Program-made: the position numbers and the translations under genes
Part shown: positions 23,988-37,809 of the stretch, one piece after another
Layout: the number at the start of each line of letters is the position of its first letter
Numbering within the stretch: the stretch's first letter is position 1
NCBI GenBank assembly: GCA_004764695.1
Contig: SMSO01000025.1
Span: 1,736,001-1,800,000, forward strand
Origin: Schizochytrium sp. TIO01
Lineage: Eukaryota > Protista > Bigyra: Labyrinthulomycetes
Reading direction: 5' to 3'
Length of the DNA stretch: 64,000 nt
Notes under the pieces: generated by a model
The model's input: only the letters and a program-made list of their open reading frames with translations
Database searches by the model: none
What the model was told of the DNA's origin: nothing

Positions 23988-24338
23988 TCACTCCTCGCGA
24001 TTGCGGTTTTTCACAAAGTCATTCGCCTCATCTGTTAGTGCAAACTGCCGTTCAATTTGTTCGCGCAAGGCATTCTTAGGAATGGTTCTTCTCCGCAAAG
24101 AGCGCACGCGTTCTCTCGGGTTGGAGTACCTCGGATTGGAGTCCCTTTTACTACTCCTGCTTGAGCTGGAGGCGGTGCTGGAGCTCCGCTTAGAGCGACG
24201 GCGCTCTTCCTTGGACTCCTCCTCAGGCCAGTACTGTGTCTTGAGATAGTCCGCAAAGACATAAGTGATGCCAAATGCAATCCCAAAGGCAGCTCCAAAA
24301 GCTGCCGCTGCGAGCACGATCGGGACCCAGGGCTCCAT
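23988..24338 (-). CDS. Small single-pass membrane protein with basic Ser/Arg-rich tail
   Basis: 116 aa ORF with N-terminal TM (WVPIVLAAAAFGAAFGIAFGITYVF) followed by a charged tail. Confidence 0.55.
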   Translation of the reverse strand: MEPWVPIVLAAAAFGAAFGIAFGITYVFADYLKTQYWPEEESKEERRRSKRSSSTASSSSRSSKRDSNPRYSNPRERVRSLRRRTIPKNALREQIERQFALTDEANDFVKNRNREE

Positions 24339-25573
24339 TCTGCTGACAAATATGAAAACAAGTCAACGTCCAGCTCGCAGAATTGCTCAATGCGGTTTTG
24401 CCAAGAGGGTATTGCTTGCGTGCAGCTCCCTCGTTCGAACTGCTCGGAGAGAGGGACACACTCACACTGACAAAGCATTCCTAGTACGGTAACACGCGCA
24501 ACGCAGTACCTAAGGTACCCACATAAAACGATCGGTGGATGAGGGTGAGAATTACTACATTATGATTTCTATTACACCAAGTCACCCGAGCTTGCTCACC
24601 GGTGCACACTAGGTAGGTACCTACCTACCTGATATTTGTTTGTTGCGCATAATGATATTTTGTCTCTGAGAAGTTGTTGGACTGCTGCAAAAGGAGTTCG
24701 GCGAGAAGGAGTTATTGGAGGACAAAAGCAGTCGAGCAAAGGCTCCATGCTTACTAAGGCATAGTGAGTGAGCAACAACGCGCTTGGTCTTTCCTCATCG
24801 TTATTGGTCAGCACAATCTAAAGAGGTGTGTTTCTTTCGACCAGTGTGCATTATCCATGACTTGATATATTCTATCCCATGAAGGGTGAACTCAAGTTGA
24901 GTGAGTGATTACTCTCACTCGATTTCATCTATTCAAATTGGTATTTAACCCATTCCTAATGTTTTAGCTAACGCATGCCTATTGGGTCATAGTATTCACG
25001 TGCTGGGGAAGAAAAGGTGTGTACCGAAGGCCAATACGGGTGGGAACGCAGCTATCGATGCGTTGATTGCGGAAAATCAGCGAAGATCAGCAAGAAAATG
25101 CCAACATTGCCAAGGATAAAAAGAAGGAATGAATAAATATTGAGAATTCATTAGGGATGGCTTGAAAAGGGAAAGATCAGAGAGAGAGAGAGAGAGAGAA
25201 GGGATTGATTGAATGAGGAAGAGACAACGAGACGCGACTGTTGTTAACTCGGACGCTTTTTTTTTGGTACAGCTTAGCGTGCGTGTTATGGTTGGATTGG
25301 ATAGGTGAAGAACTGAAGAGGATCTCTACATAAGAAAAAGCAACAAACACCACGAATCATTGAAAAGACTTGGCCCGTAGCAGCGTTTGACTAGGATTGA
25401 CTTTACGGCACAAAGTTTGCCAGGCGTTGCATCTAGGAACTTGCCAAGGAGCTGGCTGAAAAGGAAGCGCGTCTACGAAATACTAAGGATCTTCAGAAGC
25501 TGCTCGTAAGATTCGCGACTAATTCAGAAAATAAATTTTTGAAGGAGGAGTCTGAGAAGAGTATACTTGAACC

Positions 25574-28500
25574 ATGCAAGAACTATTATCGACGCCGTCA
25601 CTCAAGTCTGGGTGGGCAAAACGAAGGCGAAAGCTTGTCTTTGAGTCAGGAAAGGATGTTGAAGGCGAACGTGAGGGTTCCGAGCTCTCACCGACTCTTC
25701 CAACAGAGCGCATGTTTTCAAACTCAAGTTTTCGATCACTTGACGGAATTAGCAATAACAGCAAATTCCTTCAAGAGAGCCTTGATGCAATCGAACAGCT
25801 TAGACAGAAACAAATGAATGAGATAGATGAAGCCTGCGTAGATCGGTATGCAGCTGGAACCCCTATAGGCGACCGCGTAATTTTATTGTTTGATGAGGAT
25901 GAATATGAGAGTAAGCATACAAGACAAGTACTTGATGAGTTAAATTGCACTGTTGTCTACGTCAGCGAACAGGATCAAGCTGTACGAACATTTCAACGAT
26001 TTCGTGGTGATTTTGATGCAATTATTCTCGGAATGCGTGGACCGGGCTACGAGACGATACGCTTTCTTGAGACAGTGTCACCAGTTAAAATGCCTGTTAT
26101 CCTCACACTCTCTGTTGAGACCAGTGATTTAAGCTTTTTAGGTTCTGAAGCACCCGAGGTGAACTCCCCGATGTCGCCTTGGATATGTATTCATCAGTAA
26201 AATCTCTCACGTCGTCCATGTCGTTCCTCATGAGACGAGAAAATACATCTAAGCTTGTATCGGAAGCCATCGAGCTTGGTGTGAGTGTATACATGCTTAA
26301 ACCAATAAACAAAGAGGCTCTCGAGAGACGTTTGCAAGATATGATGGTTCGTTTCCGAAGTGCTGCTCAAGAGTTTAAACGTATGACAAATTATTCAGAT
26401 CCAGACTATTCTACCAAGCAAGCCAAGCAACTCATGCTTGAAGAAATTGAACGACATAAAGAGTCCCCCAAAGCGGTGGCCGGATATGTAGTGAATAACG
26501 AAAACACAAAACGTGCCACGAGGATCTTGCCATCTGTAGACGTTCAGGGACGAGGTACACGAATGAGTAAATTTAACCTTGCACTCAAACGATCAAAAGC
26601 AGCACATAATGCTCGTCAGCGAGTTGAACGTGCAAGTGTACTGCGACGCCTTGAGTCAAATTTTACGGTTAACACTAAAGACCCAGCTAGAAAGTCTTTG
26701 TTACTTGCTCGGCGAAGGTCATCTGCATTGCCAAGTGGAAACAACAGCAACCAACGAGCAGTGAAAACGTTCGTTCATAATTTCGGAGGACAAACAGCAA
26801 ACTCTCTTGAAGCAAGAGATAGTTCAAAGAGGCCTTCAAACCCATTCGGCCTTCGAAAATCGATTGGGAATTCAGATCCTAAAATGATGCTTTCGGTGGT
26901 AGCGGATTTAGCACAGAAAAAAAATAAAGCAGAGGGTTCCTTGCCTCTTCTAGTAGACTTTCGTGGCCAGATTTCATACATTCAATTACCGTGGGAGAAA
27001 GAACGTTTAAAAAATATTGAGAAGGAATATGGTAGTATTCCTCGGGTCAAAGCGGAAGATATTCTTCAAAGTGAGTTTAGAGAACATGTTCCAACCTCAA
27101 AAAGCGCTACTAGTGGCCAGCGTTACCTGCAAAAGGGATACGAACTTAAAATTAAGGGAGATTTGCTCGGGGCAATCCGCCTTTACACAAGAGCCACACT
27201 TGCAGACCAACGTTATTCGGCAGCACATTTGTGTCGCGGTGTCGCGTACCATTTGCTAGGGGATGAAGAATCGGCGATGCAGGATTTTACTCAATGTCTC
27301 AAGATTGACCCAAAAAGTACCAGTGCAAGGTTCAACCGTGCATTAATATTTTCGCATGAGAATCGTGATTACGAAGCCATCGCTGAACTTGATGAAGCTA
27401 TTGCCATTGATAATAAAGATGATGGCCTCATTGCTTTTCGTGCATTTATAAGTCGCCGTAGCGGCCAGTTTGCCCGTGCTCAAGAAGATTACAAACGCGC
27501 AGCAGATCTTTCCAAGAAAAGACTCGAGAAAGAGGCGCAAGTGTCAATGGCACGTGCGGAACGTAGGAAAGAGCGTCGACGAGAAAGGCGTCGACAAATG
27601 CGTGGAAGTAGAGAAGTGGGGGACTCTGATACAGAAAATTCGGATTCCGAGGACTCTGATGCTGATGGCGATCATGATGTAAAGAGTAATTCGCCTGCGC
27701 AAGCTTCATCAAATGATGCTAAAGATGGTACGAGTTTGTCCAGTAAAAATATCAGTGCTGACAATGGCACTAAAAGTAACTTGGATGCTAAATCTGGAGT
27801 AGCTCAAGAAGACAGCGAAGGATCTGAAGACCACCACCAGGATGAAGTCAACAATGGCGTCACAGGCAACAACGACCAAACCAAACCAGGTCAGGCTAAT
27901 ACACAACGTCGATGGGACACCAACTTTGATGGGCGAGTTGACCTTGCAGAATTTACATCTGCAACACAACGTTGCGATAGTGTCTATGCAGAAATATTTC
28001 AGAAAAAATCCGAAGTTGAGATCGCTTGTAGCAAACCAACATCTATGCGCTCGCAGCAAGAATTGGATTTGATCTTTAGAGCATGTAGAGAGATAGTACT
28101 ATTTCGCAAAATGCCGCAGCGCTATGTTCGAGAACTTGCTCGTGAAATCAAGCTGGCTTCCGTTATGCCTGGTGATTACGTTGTTCAACAAGGCGCACCG
28201 TCTTATAACTTTTTTGCTATCCTGGAAGGGGAAGTACAAGTAACTGTGGGGCTTGCTGAGACTGAATCTGATCATATTGTACATCGCATGTATCAAGGTG
28301 AGTATTTTGGGGAGACAGGAATTATGACCGATTCTTGTCGACAAGTGAGCATTTCTGTACCATCTGATAGTGAGCCGGCATTAATCTTTGTCATATCTAA
28401 GGATCTCTTTTTCCAGACTCACCTCGGTGAGACTCTAGAGTATGAGCGTCTTCGCAAGCGCGATGTTTTGCTTGGATGCAGGATTTCGATGGTATGGCCC

Positions 28501-29072
28501 AGCAAGCCTTTGAGGATCTCTGCAAGATTACGCGGAGTGTTGAACACCAACACAACACAATTATACTACGTCAGGGTGAATTGACCTCTAAATTTTGCAT
28601 TCTTGTAAGTGGTATTTGCCGTAAGCTGCGTTATTCAGATGCTGGTGCAGATTTGCGAAAAAGAATCAGAGGTCTCGAACATTCCTGCGAGCAGTTTGAA
28701 ATGAGTTACGCTGTGCATCATAACCATTCTCATGATATTCGGACTCAAACGCGCGTTAAACGCGTGCGTGAACTTCATGAAGAGCGACTTCGCGAGATTG
28801 AAGTACTACGTGCAAAGCTTAAGGCTCTTGAGTGTGGAGAGATTAGACCAGGAAAACCCAAGCTTGTTGAGACAGGTACTATCTACCCTGGCAATATCAT
28901 AGGGGAGGAGGCTTTGCTCGATCCTTATTATGGACGCGAGCAGTATACAGTAGTAGCTGACACCTTTGTAACCCTTATGTGTGTTCATAAAGAACAACTG
29001 CAAGCGTATAAATACTCTGAAACTTTGTTGGAAAAGGTTCGACTCAAAAGAAGCTTTGCAGGTGCACCTTAA
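25574..29072 (+). CDS. Pseudo-receiver + TPR + EF-hand + tandem cyclic-nucleotide-binding domain protein (frameshifts near 26168 and 28485)
   Basis: Three overlapping ORFs join in register. REC fold (ILLFDEDE...FDAIILGM...MPVIL...AIELGVSVYMLKPINKEAL); about 4 TPRs (GAIRLYTRA, RGVAYHLLGD, ARFNRALI); EF loop DTNFDGRVDLAE; cNMP domain 1 (VVQQG...FAILEGEV...GEYFGE...R); cNMP domain 2 (ILRQG...LVSG...PGNIIGE). Confidence 0.8.
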
Positions 29073-30461
29073 CTAGCTAACATATCGAGGTAGGTAATTA
29101 CTATCATGTAACTTTAAGAGATAGAATGTTTATCACCCTAATTTCTCAAAGGTTAATATACCGAATATAAGAAGCCATAAAATAAGACTCTTGCAAACTT
29201 AGAAATGAAATTCTAGATGGAACATAGATCATTTCATACAAAGTTCGTCTCTAGTAAACTGCATGTCTAAAAGCTGTATAGATTGTATCTACAGGTTTCC
29301 ACAGTCTCTGGGTCTTGTTGTGGATCAATTTGCATATTCATGCAAAGTATTTGATTTTTCGTCAAATAAAAGGTCAAAACGCAATAAATCTCCGCAAGTA
29401 TAAATTAAGACTGAATACATATCACAGATAGGTACTTATGTACACCGAGACATTCTACTACCCTACGCTACTCAAGGATGGGAAGTTATGCACAATAAAC
29501 GGCCTCTCGTTGAACTTTGTTCGCACCATCTGCAAAGAAATTAAGCGCCCCATTATTGCCTCATCTCACACCAAAGTCACACACAATAACAACAACAACA
29601 ACAACCAACACTCTACTTGATGATATTCACAGATAATAACAAAAAACTCCTTTAATACAGGGCTTATGATACAAGCATGTTTGACCTGACATAAACAACA
29701 GGGAGTAATCAAAATATACCCAATCGCGAGACAGTGCAATCCATGAAAGCGCAAAGAAACTCGATAAGATTCCTGCAACGTTGCAGATTCTTCAAGGGAG
29801 GAGGGATGGAGACAAGAAAACAAAATATTGTGTAGAAGAAGGGAAGATGTTGTTGTAAATGTCGTAGGGTAATCGAGTAAGAGTAGTTGTCGTTGTTGAT
29901 GCAGTTGTACTTGTTGCAAAGTGAAAGGGGAAAATATAAGAAGCACCGGAGACGCCCCGAGGCGAGCCATTCGCTGCCGCCTTGAGACAGAAGAAGAAGA
30001 GCCACATGGCCTCTCCGCTGGTGATAACGTTGCTGCTGCACGCGAGCCCCTCCATCTCCGCAGGTATCATTAGCACTCGTGCCCAAGAACGACGCCCGCC
30101 TGCCCACTCGCCGTGAGCGAAGCGAGACGAAACGCCGCCCTCCGGCCAACAAAGCAAGGCGGCCCCAATCCAGACACGCATCATCTCCACACCTAAAGCA
30201 CCGACATCCATAACCTTCTCCACCGATCTATCACCGACAAACACTGCAACATCAACACTATCGCAAAACCATATTTTGGGATCAATATTGAACTTAACTG
30301 AGTTGTCACTAGATTTTGTGGATGTGGTTGTGAATAAAACCGCTGCCAATGATGAGAAAGACGACCGCGAAACATCGAAGAAGCGACGGCCCTTCGCCAC
30401 CAGCGAGAGCGGAGAAGATGAACGTAACTGACTGAGGACTCCTCGAGTGAGCGACGGGCGC

Positions 30462-30875
30462 TTACTCGGCGCGCTTTGCCTTCTTGCGTGCGAGGCGGCG
30501 GCCGACACCACGGATCTTCTTGGCGCGGTTCTTGCCTTCCTTGATACCCTTGCGGCCCTTCTTGTCGGTCTTCTCGACGAGGCCGAGGCGGACGAGGATG
30601 TGCTTGGCGTGGAGCTTCTTGGCGTCCTCAACGGTGTTGTAGATGCAGCAGAAGCCAGTGGACTTGCCACCACCAAAGGCGTACTTAAAGTTGAAGAGCA
30701 CGACGGAGTCGGCGTCCTTCACCTTGAACATCTTGGCGATCTTCTCCTTGAGCTCAGCCTTGGAGACGCAAGCGCGGCCAGGGTGGAGGACATCCACCAC
30801 AAACTGGCGGCGGGCCATCAGGGGGTTGGCCACATACTTGCGGGTGCGAATAGTCACAGCGTTGTTGCCCGACAT
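30462..30875 (-). CDS. RPS24: 40S ribosomal protein S24 (eS24)
   Basis: VTIRTRK...[17 protein letters not shown]...[12 protein letters not shown]...[11 protein letters not shown]...KNRAKKIRG; strongly biased codons. Confidence 0.98.
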   Translation of the reverse strand: MSGNNAVTIRTRKYVANPLMARRQFVVDVLHPGRACVSKAELKEKIAKMFKVKDADSVVLFNFKYAFGGGKSTGFCCIYNTVEDAKKLHAKHILVRLGLVEKTDKKGRKGIKEGKNRAKKIRGVGRRLARKKAKRAE

Positions 30876-32863
30876 CCTGCTGATCGATCTTCAATCGCAA
30901 CAACCACGAGAGCTCCACTAGGTCTGCTGCTGCTTACTCCGCTGCCTTTCCTTCTCTTCTCCTTCTTTTCCCTTATCCTCTCTACTGCCCTTCCACTCCT
31001 AGCCCACTCCTATCCCACTCCTAGCCCCCCTTATTCATCATCAGTCATTCATTCATTCATTCATCCATTCTCTCTTTTCTCCTTCCACTCACTCGCCTAC
31101 CACCCACTCCTAACCCACTCCTAGCGCTAGAAACCTCCTACTCAAAACCCATACCACTCGGCGCCGCCCTAAGACCCCGCTACCGCCGCTACGACCCGCC
31201 TCCAGAATGCCGCCAAAGCCCGCGCCAAATGCGCAGCCCTCCGAATGGCCGCTCGAGACGCCCTCTCGGCAGCAGGCGCAGGCGCACTCGAGCCGCCCGG
31301 AAGCCCCAGCGCAGCCCTCTCTGCGGCCAGCCCCGCTCCAGAGCAGACGCAGGCGAGCGGGCCTCGACATCGCGTTGCCACGAATGGCGCCTAGCAGCCA
31401 CATAGCCACTCCTAAGAGAGAAGCGTTCCCCGGGTTACCCGCGAGACGGGAGAGAGAAAAAGGAGCCGGAAGACTTCCACACTAGCCCCCTTCAAGGTGG
31501 ACGGACAACTGCCACACATTTTTAATAGAGGGACTATAAGGGGTCCCCGTGTTACCCGTGCAAAAAATGAAATAGACCCTAACCCTAGGGGTAAGTTGGG
31601 GGAAATGGCCCTGGCTAGGCAAAGGAGGAAGAAGGAGGGAGGGGTGTGTGCGGGAAGAGAGGTGTGCGAGGACGGAGCGGGGACACCTGAGGGATCGAGG
31701 GAGACGAATCGAGGCGAGGCGAGCCCGAAGCCTCGAGACATGGAGCGGTAACCTAGCTAGCGGGCTGAGAAGCTGAAGAATGAAGCATCAGCTAGGGTGC
31801 TAAGGTGGGTAAAAATTAGGAAACGTAGCAGTCGTTGAATTTTATGGATTAACACCCTGCGACAGCCATGGTTGTATTCGTTGTTATGGCTGCATAACAA
31901 TATTAATTTTAAAAGGTAGCGTTTTATGGGCTCAAGAACGAGTGTTCTTTCAAGTTGCTAACTTTCAATTACTATCGATTTATTTTGTCAAGGGAGAGAG
32001 TTTTTCTGGTTATAACACGATACTTGGTAGGCAAGTAGCTAGTCGAAGCCTGTTATTACAGCTTATCGCTGTGAGCGAAGCAACTCACTTCTTGTACCAT
32101 GGTTCATGACTTATAAGTCTCCTATTCGTATTTATTGGAGCGTTTTTGGGACAAGAATGCAGCACTAGGTAGCTAGGTAGCTAGTTACCTATTCAGAGTG
32201 ACATATTATGACTTGTATTTTTACCCAAGTTAAAGGATTGATAGGAGTAGTGAGAGCAACTCCTAAGGGTGCAGTGAATCGGAAGAGAGGAAAATTTCGT
32301 ACTTGTGGTAACAATCTTCCACATGGGAAGATAGGGTTCAAGTTGCTTGTTTACAAGAGCGCGTAAGGGCTCGTGGCTCTCAAATGTGATTCTGGAGTTC
32401 AACTTTTGCGATGGATTAAGGTCAGCATTCCCTGATCGGGCCAGACGATTCACTGGGAAGTGTAAACAAAAATATCAATGTGAGCGAAACTCCACGATCA
32501 GCATCGAATAGATCAGTAAGGGACTGGACGAATTTCATGAATGTAAAAGTAGAATTTGGGGCGCTTTCTCATTTTGGAGTTCTAGCTAGCGTATGCAAGC
32601 TAGTACAACAATGAACCTAACAGTGAGAAAAATATACTGGGAGCGTTCCTACTTGGTTATGTCATCACCTCAACGAGTATAGAATCTGCAAATATAAATT
32701 TTTTAATTAGAAAAAAGAGCCTAAAAAAGGGTGCCTCATTAGTTGAATCTAGAAGTAGCAGTGATGTAGTTTCTTCTTAAAATATCAAAACTTGGAAATT
32801 TAGCACCGTTTGCACCAGCGAGAGCCATTGCTTTATCTAGCGTGAAAAGTTGCACATTTTGAT

Positions 32864-35800
32864 CTAGAACGTCATAGTTTCATCATCTTCTTCTTCCTCC
32901 TCCTCATCATCCTCATGCACGCTTGCAATACTAGGTGTTCCTCTCCTTGATGGACTATTCTCACCACTGCTTAATCCATCGCTATGCTGTAAAGGGAATG
33001 TGATAGTTGACTTGTAAATCGGCTCGGTGGCAGGAGGAAAGTTCAAGGGAGTAGCTTCCGTACTTGTAAGTGGTTCATCGTCCTCGTCTCCATCAAAACT
33101 TTGCGTGTAGTTTAATGCTGTTCGAGAACTAAACGGGCCGTTCTCATCATCCACACTAGTGCTGCCGAGACGGTTGCGAGATCCCTTCTTGCGAGGGAAA
33201 AATCGTCGTCTGAGCTGACGCCAGACACGATCGAACACGCCACTTCCCTCACGCATCTCAAAGAGTAGGAGAAGAACAGCTGCGCCCGAGTAAGCGAATG
33301 CATATTTGAGAGGAAAGTTACCGATGGTCTCAGCTGGAAATCCATAAGAGGATGAAACACCATGATCATCAAGTTCAAATGAATGCACAGCGCCGACGAA
33401 AGATAGAGCAGCTGCGATGAGCATCCACATGGCGGCATTGAAAAACTTACGATCAATAATCTCAACAAGTGCACTTGATAAAAAGATTGATGACAGCAAG
33501 TATCCTCGTGAAAGGGCAATGAGACCATACACATAGACACCGTTGGATTCCATATTCTGCATAACTTGCTTGAAAGGTACATGGACAACACCAAAATTTG
33601 GGCCTGACAATACGCTTCCACAGGCAGGCACCGTTGCTTGAATGTATTGCATTCCCCATGAAGCAAGTGCTGGAAGCAAGCCAAGTGCCACTGCCGAGGC
33701 ATGTGACTTTGCGTTACTCGACTCTTGTTGGTAATCATCATCGCGATCAAAAGCTTGTGCTGTGACAACAATTCCAATCCACATTAAAATACCTACACCA
33801 GCAACTTCAGGGACAATATGCATTACTGCGGTTGTTCCATTGATAACTCCAAGCAGGAGAACAGCAAATGCACTAATGTAGCTGTAACCACCAGAAGCGC
33901 CCATTGACTTGAAAGCACCATGACCAATGTAGATGCACGTAGGAAATGGGCAGCCAAGCAATGATCCAAGAATTGTGATTGCGGCATCGAGAGTGAGGCC
34001 TTGACGAATGCTGTAAGAATCACCGACGGCTTTAGCACCCTCTAAGCAGGACATGTTTGTGACAATGTTGACAATGAGCATTGGGATAACTACAGTGATG
34101 TATGGCCAGGTTCGAGAGTCGAACAGGGCATGAAATACTTCGGGCAACGATGATGAGGCAAAGTAAAGTCCCATACCTTCAGTTACTCCACCAGATGATG
34201 CTGGATTAAGCTCTGAGGCTGGGTCCATCAATTGGAGATCAAAAAGTCTGGCAAATGCAACAATGAAACTGCCGAGAACCAACGCTAACAAACCAGCCGG
34301 GATTTTGTAAGGCAATTGTACGTTAGATCCATAACATACAAGGATGACTGCCATGGGGATGATTCCTACCGCAGGGTTAGAGAAAATTTGCACAGTGAAA
34401 GTCATGGCGATGAAGGTAAGGGAAACTCCGGCCATTGCAGCCATCATCGCTGCACGAGGTACCAGGTTGCGAATCTGCCCAACAAGAAATACGCAAGGAA
34501 GTTCCAGAACGCCAAGCATAAAGCAGCATGCAAGACCCGTGCGATACGCAAGCTCAGCATCCCCAGTCTTTTCAAATACTGGCGCCATAATGAGCATCGT
34601 GAAAGCAAAAAAGAGAACAGTGTTGATTCCGTGCGGCAAAGCAGTAAACTCCTCTCCTTCAGCGCGTCTTGACTTGACATCGGCCCAGGCTCCAAAGAGC
34701 AAGTTGCTGAGGCACACAGTTAGTGTAGCACCAGGAACAATCTTGCTGATGACCATATTCTGTTCTACACCTACACGGATGCGCATTGAGCTCAAGAGGT
34801 TGAGCAAAAGGATGAGGGTGTTCAAGAATTGGGCAAATCCAGCATCAAGGTTACCATATGTAAAAACGTTACCAAGGCTATCTCGAATTCGAGAGAACTG
34901 GCCTCCCGAAGGGGTGTATGCACCCCACCAAGAGTTTTTCCGCATACGCTCCTGACGCTTTTCAACAAGAAATTGCGTCGATGGAGACCGGGGGATGTAA
35001 GCATTTTCGAGCTCAGGATTCTCATTTCCAAAGCCTTCTGTGTCCCCTGCACTATCAGAAAGAATTGCCATCGAGTGACCCCAGCCTGCAGCAACACAGA
35101 GTGCATCACGACCAAAGCATTTCACACGCAAAGGTACAACCTGGTCAGAAAAGGTAGTCCCCGCACCAAGTTGACCATCATCGTTGCGTCCCCAAGCAAA
35201 CATGCGTTTTGCCCCATCACTCGCGCGTTGAACAATGGCAATTGTATGACGACCACCACCACAAACGCTGACGACAGAGCTGGGAATACTCTTAACGAGT
35301 ACTGGGTGCAGTGCCATAGATGACCCATTTGTCTCCACACCGAGCTGACCATGTTGATTCCAACCGAATGCAAACAGATTTGAATACTCTTCCTCTTCGG
35401 CAGAGTCATAAGAGGTAAGTACAGCAAGACTATGGCGGTATCCGCAAGCGATGTCTTTAATGCGAACCTTTTGCGTGGACCTGATAGGGGCAGGAAAGTA
35501 AACCGGTGTTGGCTCTGATCGGGTCTTACGCTCACCTGTACCGAGCTGACCGTAGGTACCCCATCCAAACGCAAAGAGTTGATTGCTCATGTAACGAGGG
35601 ACAGTCACCTCGGCACTTACATTGATGTCTTCGACAAGGGCTAAAGTGTGGCGCGAACCACACGCAACATCGGAAACCGAGGATAATGTGGGTACTTTCC
35701 GGGGTTCCAAGACAGCTTCATCTGCGGCAAGACCAGTTGCACCATCATCATCGTCTCCCCATGCATAAAGAAACCCATCCGAGCAGATCGCAACAGAATG

Positions 35801-36702
35801 GACACGACCGCATGCAATCTTCGTGACAGTTATCCTGTTTTCTGAAAAGAAAGCCACCTCTGTAGGTGTTTTGCATGGCATGCGATGACCAAGACCAAGT
35901 TGCCCCTCATCGTTCCTGTGTTTACAAAATAATTTTTGAAGTATTCACCAAAATATTCGAGGTCAATCCCATATGATCCATAGACGCACAATAGAATCCC
36001 AACGGCATAGCATGACAATAGCACAAGAATACCATGCCACGGACATGTATATACATATGTGTACATGTTATATATAGATACATATTATAATTAAGAATGA
36101 GTGAGTTCTCTGTTTGGTCTTAACGACGGATACAAATTCCGACGCGCTCAAAGTGACCGTTGTTTATCAACCTACCTTCCCCAAGAGAATACCTTGCCTT
36201 CCATAGACAATGCCATCGTATGCGCTCCTCGCGCGGCGATGCTCACGATACGCACAGCCTCCAAAGCTTGCACGAGCCGGGGAACAGTCACCAAGGACGC
36301 CCCCTTGATATGGCCGAGTTGAAAGTCATCGCCTGAGCACATGAACACATTTTTCACGGTTATTTTTATTTTTCGTTAGTCTGGCCGCCACAGTGAAAGC
36401 ATTTCCTCACCAATCGGTGTCCAGCCCTTCCACCGATAGCTGCCGCGCCCACAACAGCCACCCAAGCCTGGCCTGGCTACTAGCCAACAAGCGCCTTTTT
36501 CATGGTCCCTTCGGCACTTACCTCGTCCCCAGGAGTAGACGTTGCCCTCCTTAGACAATGCTACGGAGTAGCGGCTTCCACACGCAATCTGCACAATGAC
36601 GCTGCCTTCAAGCGCTGTCACGACCTGAGGCACCACGCGGATCTCGCTGTCTCCCAGACCCAGCTGGTGGTTCTGGTTCCACCCAAACGCGACGGTCGTC
36701 AT
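32864..36702 (-). CDS. RCC1 seven-blade propeller fused to an NCS2/AzgA-like (xanthine/uracil-type) permease; 3 exons: 36522-36702, 36176-36332, 32864-35915
   Basis: GT-AG introns restore WGR|GDDFQLG and WGR|NDEGQLG in frame. Seven [AS][FW]G...GQLG-type repeats; permease motifs GNLDAGFAQF, TALPHGINT, VPRAAM, FPTCIYIGH.AFKSMGA; many TM segments; acidic tail. Confidence 0.88.
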
Positions 36703-37771
36703 CCTCAATTCCTCCTCGAGGCTTTACAGGTCTGCAGAAAGCTGTTGGCCCAATTGGCGGCTTTACCTGCCAAAACGAATGGCCTCCTCGTAAGATACTG
36801 TTATTTTAAAAGTCTATACCGCTGACCGTAATGAGAATCTACAGCTCCTTTGAAGCTACGGATACGGTGACTGTGTTTTGCTCTTCAGAAGTATCGATTG
36901 ATCGAGTTGTCGGACTTTGTTGTTGTTACACTTAAGTCGATCGAGTACTCTGTGTTCTTAAGAGTTTGTGTCTCCTTTGTATCTGTTTGTTTACTTTTTG
37001 GTTTTCTTTTGACTGATTGTTTTTATGTTTATTTTTTTCTTTTCTTTTCTTTTCTTTTCAAAAGACCACGTCCAAACGGGTTCGCAACGCCTTTCTTAGC
37101 GAAAGCCGGCACTTCTAGCCTGAGGAAACGGCGCGGCTCACTCGCCTAGCCCCCCCAACACCAGACCCAAGACGTCGCCACGTGGCGGTTTAGCGTAATC
37201 CTGCGCCAAGCTTCTTGGCTGTTCCGGCGCGAGTCCCGCGATGGGTTGTCTAGCTAATTGAATTCAAAGATAGAGAGATTTGTTGACAAGTGAAGGTAGG
37301 CTTGTCTTTGTTCTAGCCGTGGGCACGGTGACCTTCGGCCGCAAGTAACTAGGGCTCCTCAGTGCGCACAGCACCGCTGCAAGGCACCGCGGCGGCCAGC
37401 GCGACCTGGTCAGCGCTCAAGAGCGGCGCTTTCCTTGCCTCCAATTTGATTTTGATCTCTCCAACTGCTTGCTTTCCAAGTTCCTCATCAAACTTTTCAT
37501 AATGTTAAATTCTTTTTATTCTTTTCCAAACAAACAATTAACTAAAAAATGCAACAACAACAACAACAAAAATCTGAAGGAGATGATGTTTCGATATTCT
37601 TCACTTTCCCTCTCCACGACCCTGTAATAACATACTGCACCAAAAACAACAATTCCATGGCATTACAGTTTCGCCAAACGTGCTTTCTCCATGCTCCATG
37701 CCCTTTCTTGAGCCGCATCTGAGACGGTTGACCACCTCAGCAATCGAAGGCACATTTTATTTCATTCCCTC

Positions 37772-37778
<7 letters not shown>

Positions 37779-37806
<28 letters not shown>
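37779..37806. repeat. (GA)n microsatellite
   Basis: Direct reading; a similar tract lies at 25179-25199. Confidence 0.9.

Positions 37807-37809
<3 letters not shown>

Noticed and set aside
29792-31124. Long alternative-frame ORFs 29792-30676 (-) and 30447-31124 (+)
   Set aside because: Shadows of the GC-biased RPS24 coding sequence and its UTRs.
34900-36702. UVR8 photoreceptor
   Set aside because: The RCC1 repeats lack the triple GWRHT motifs.
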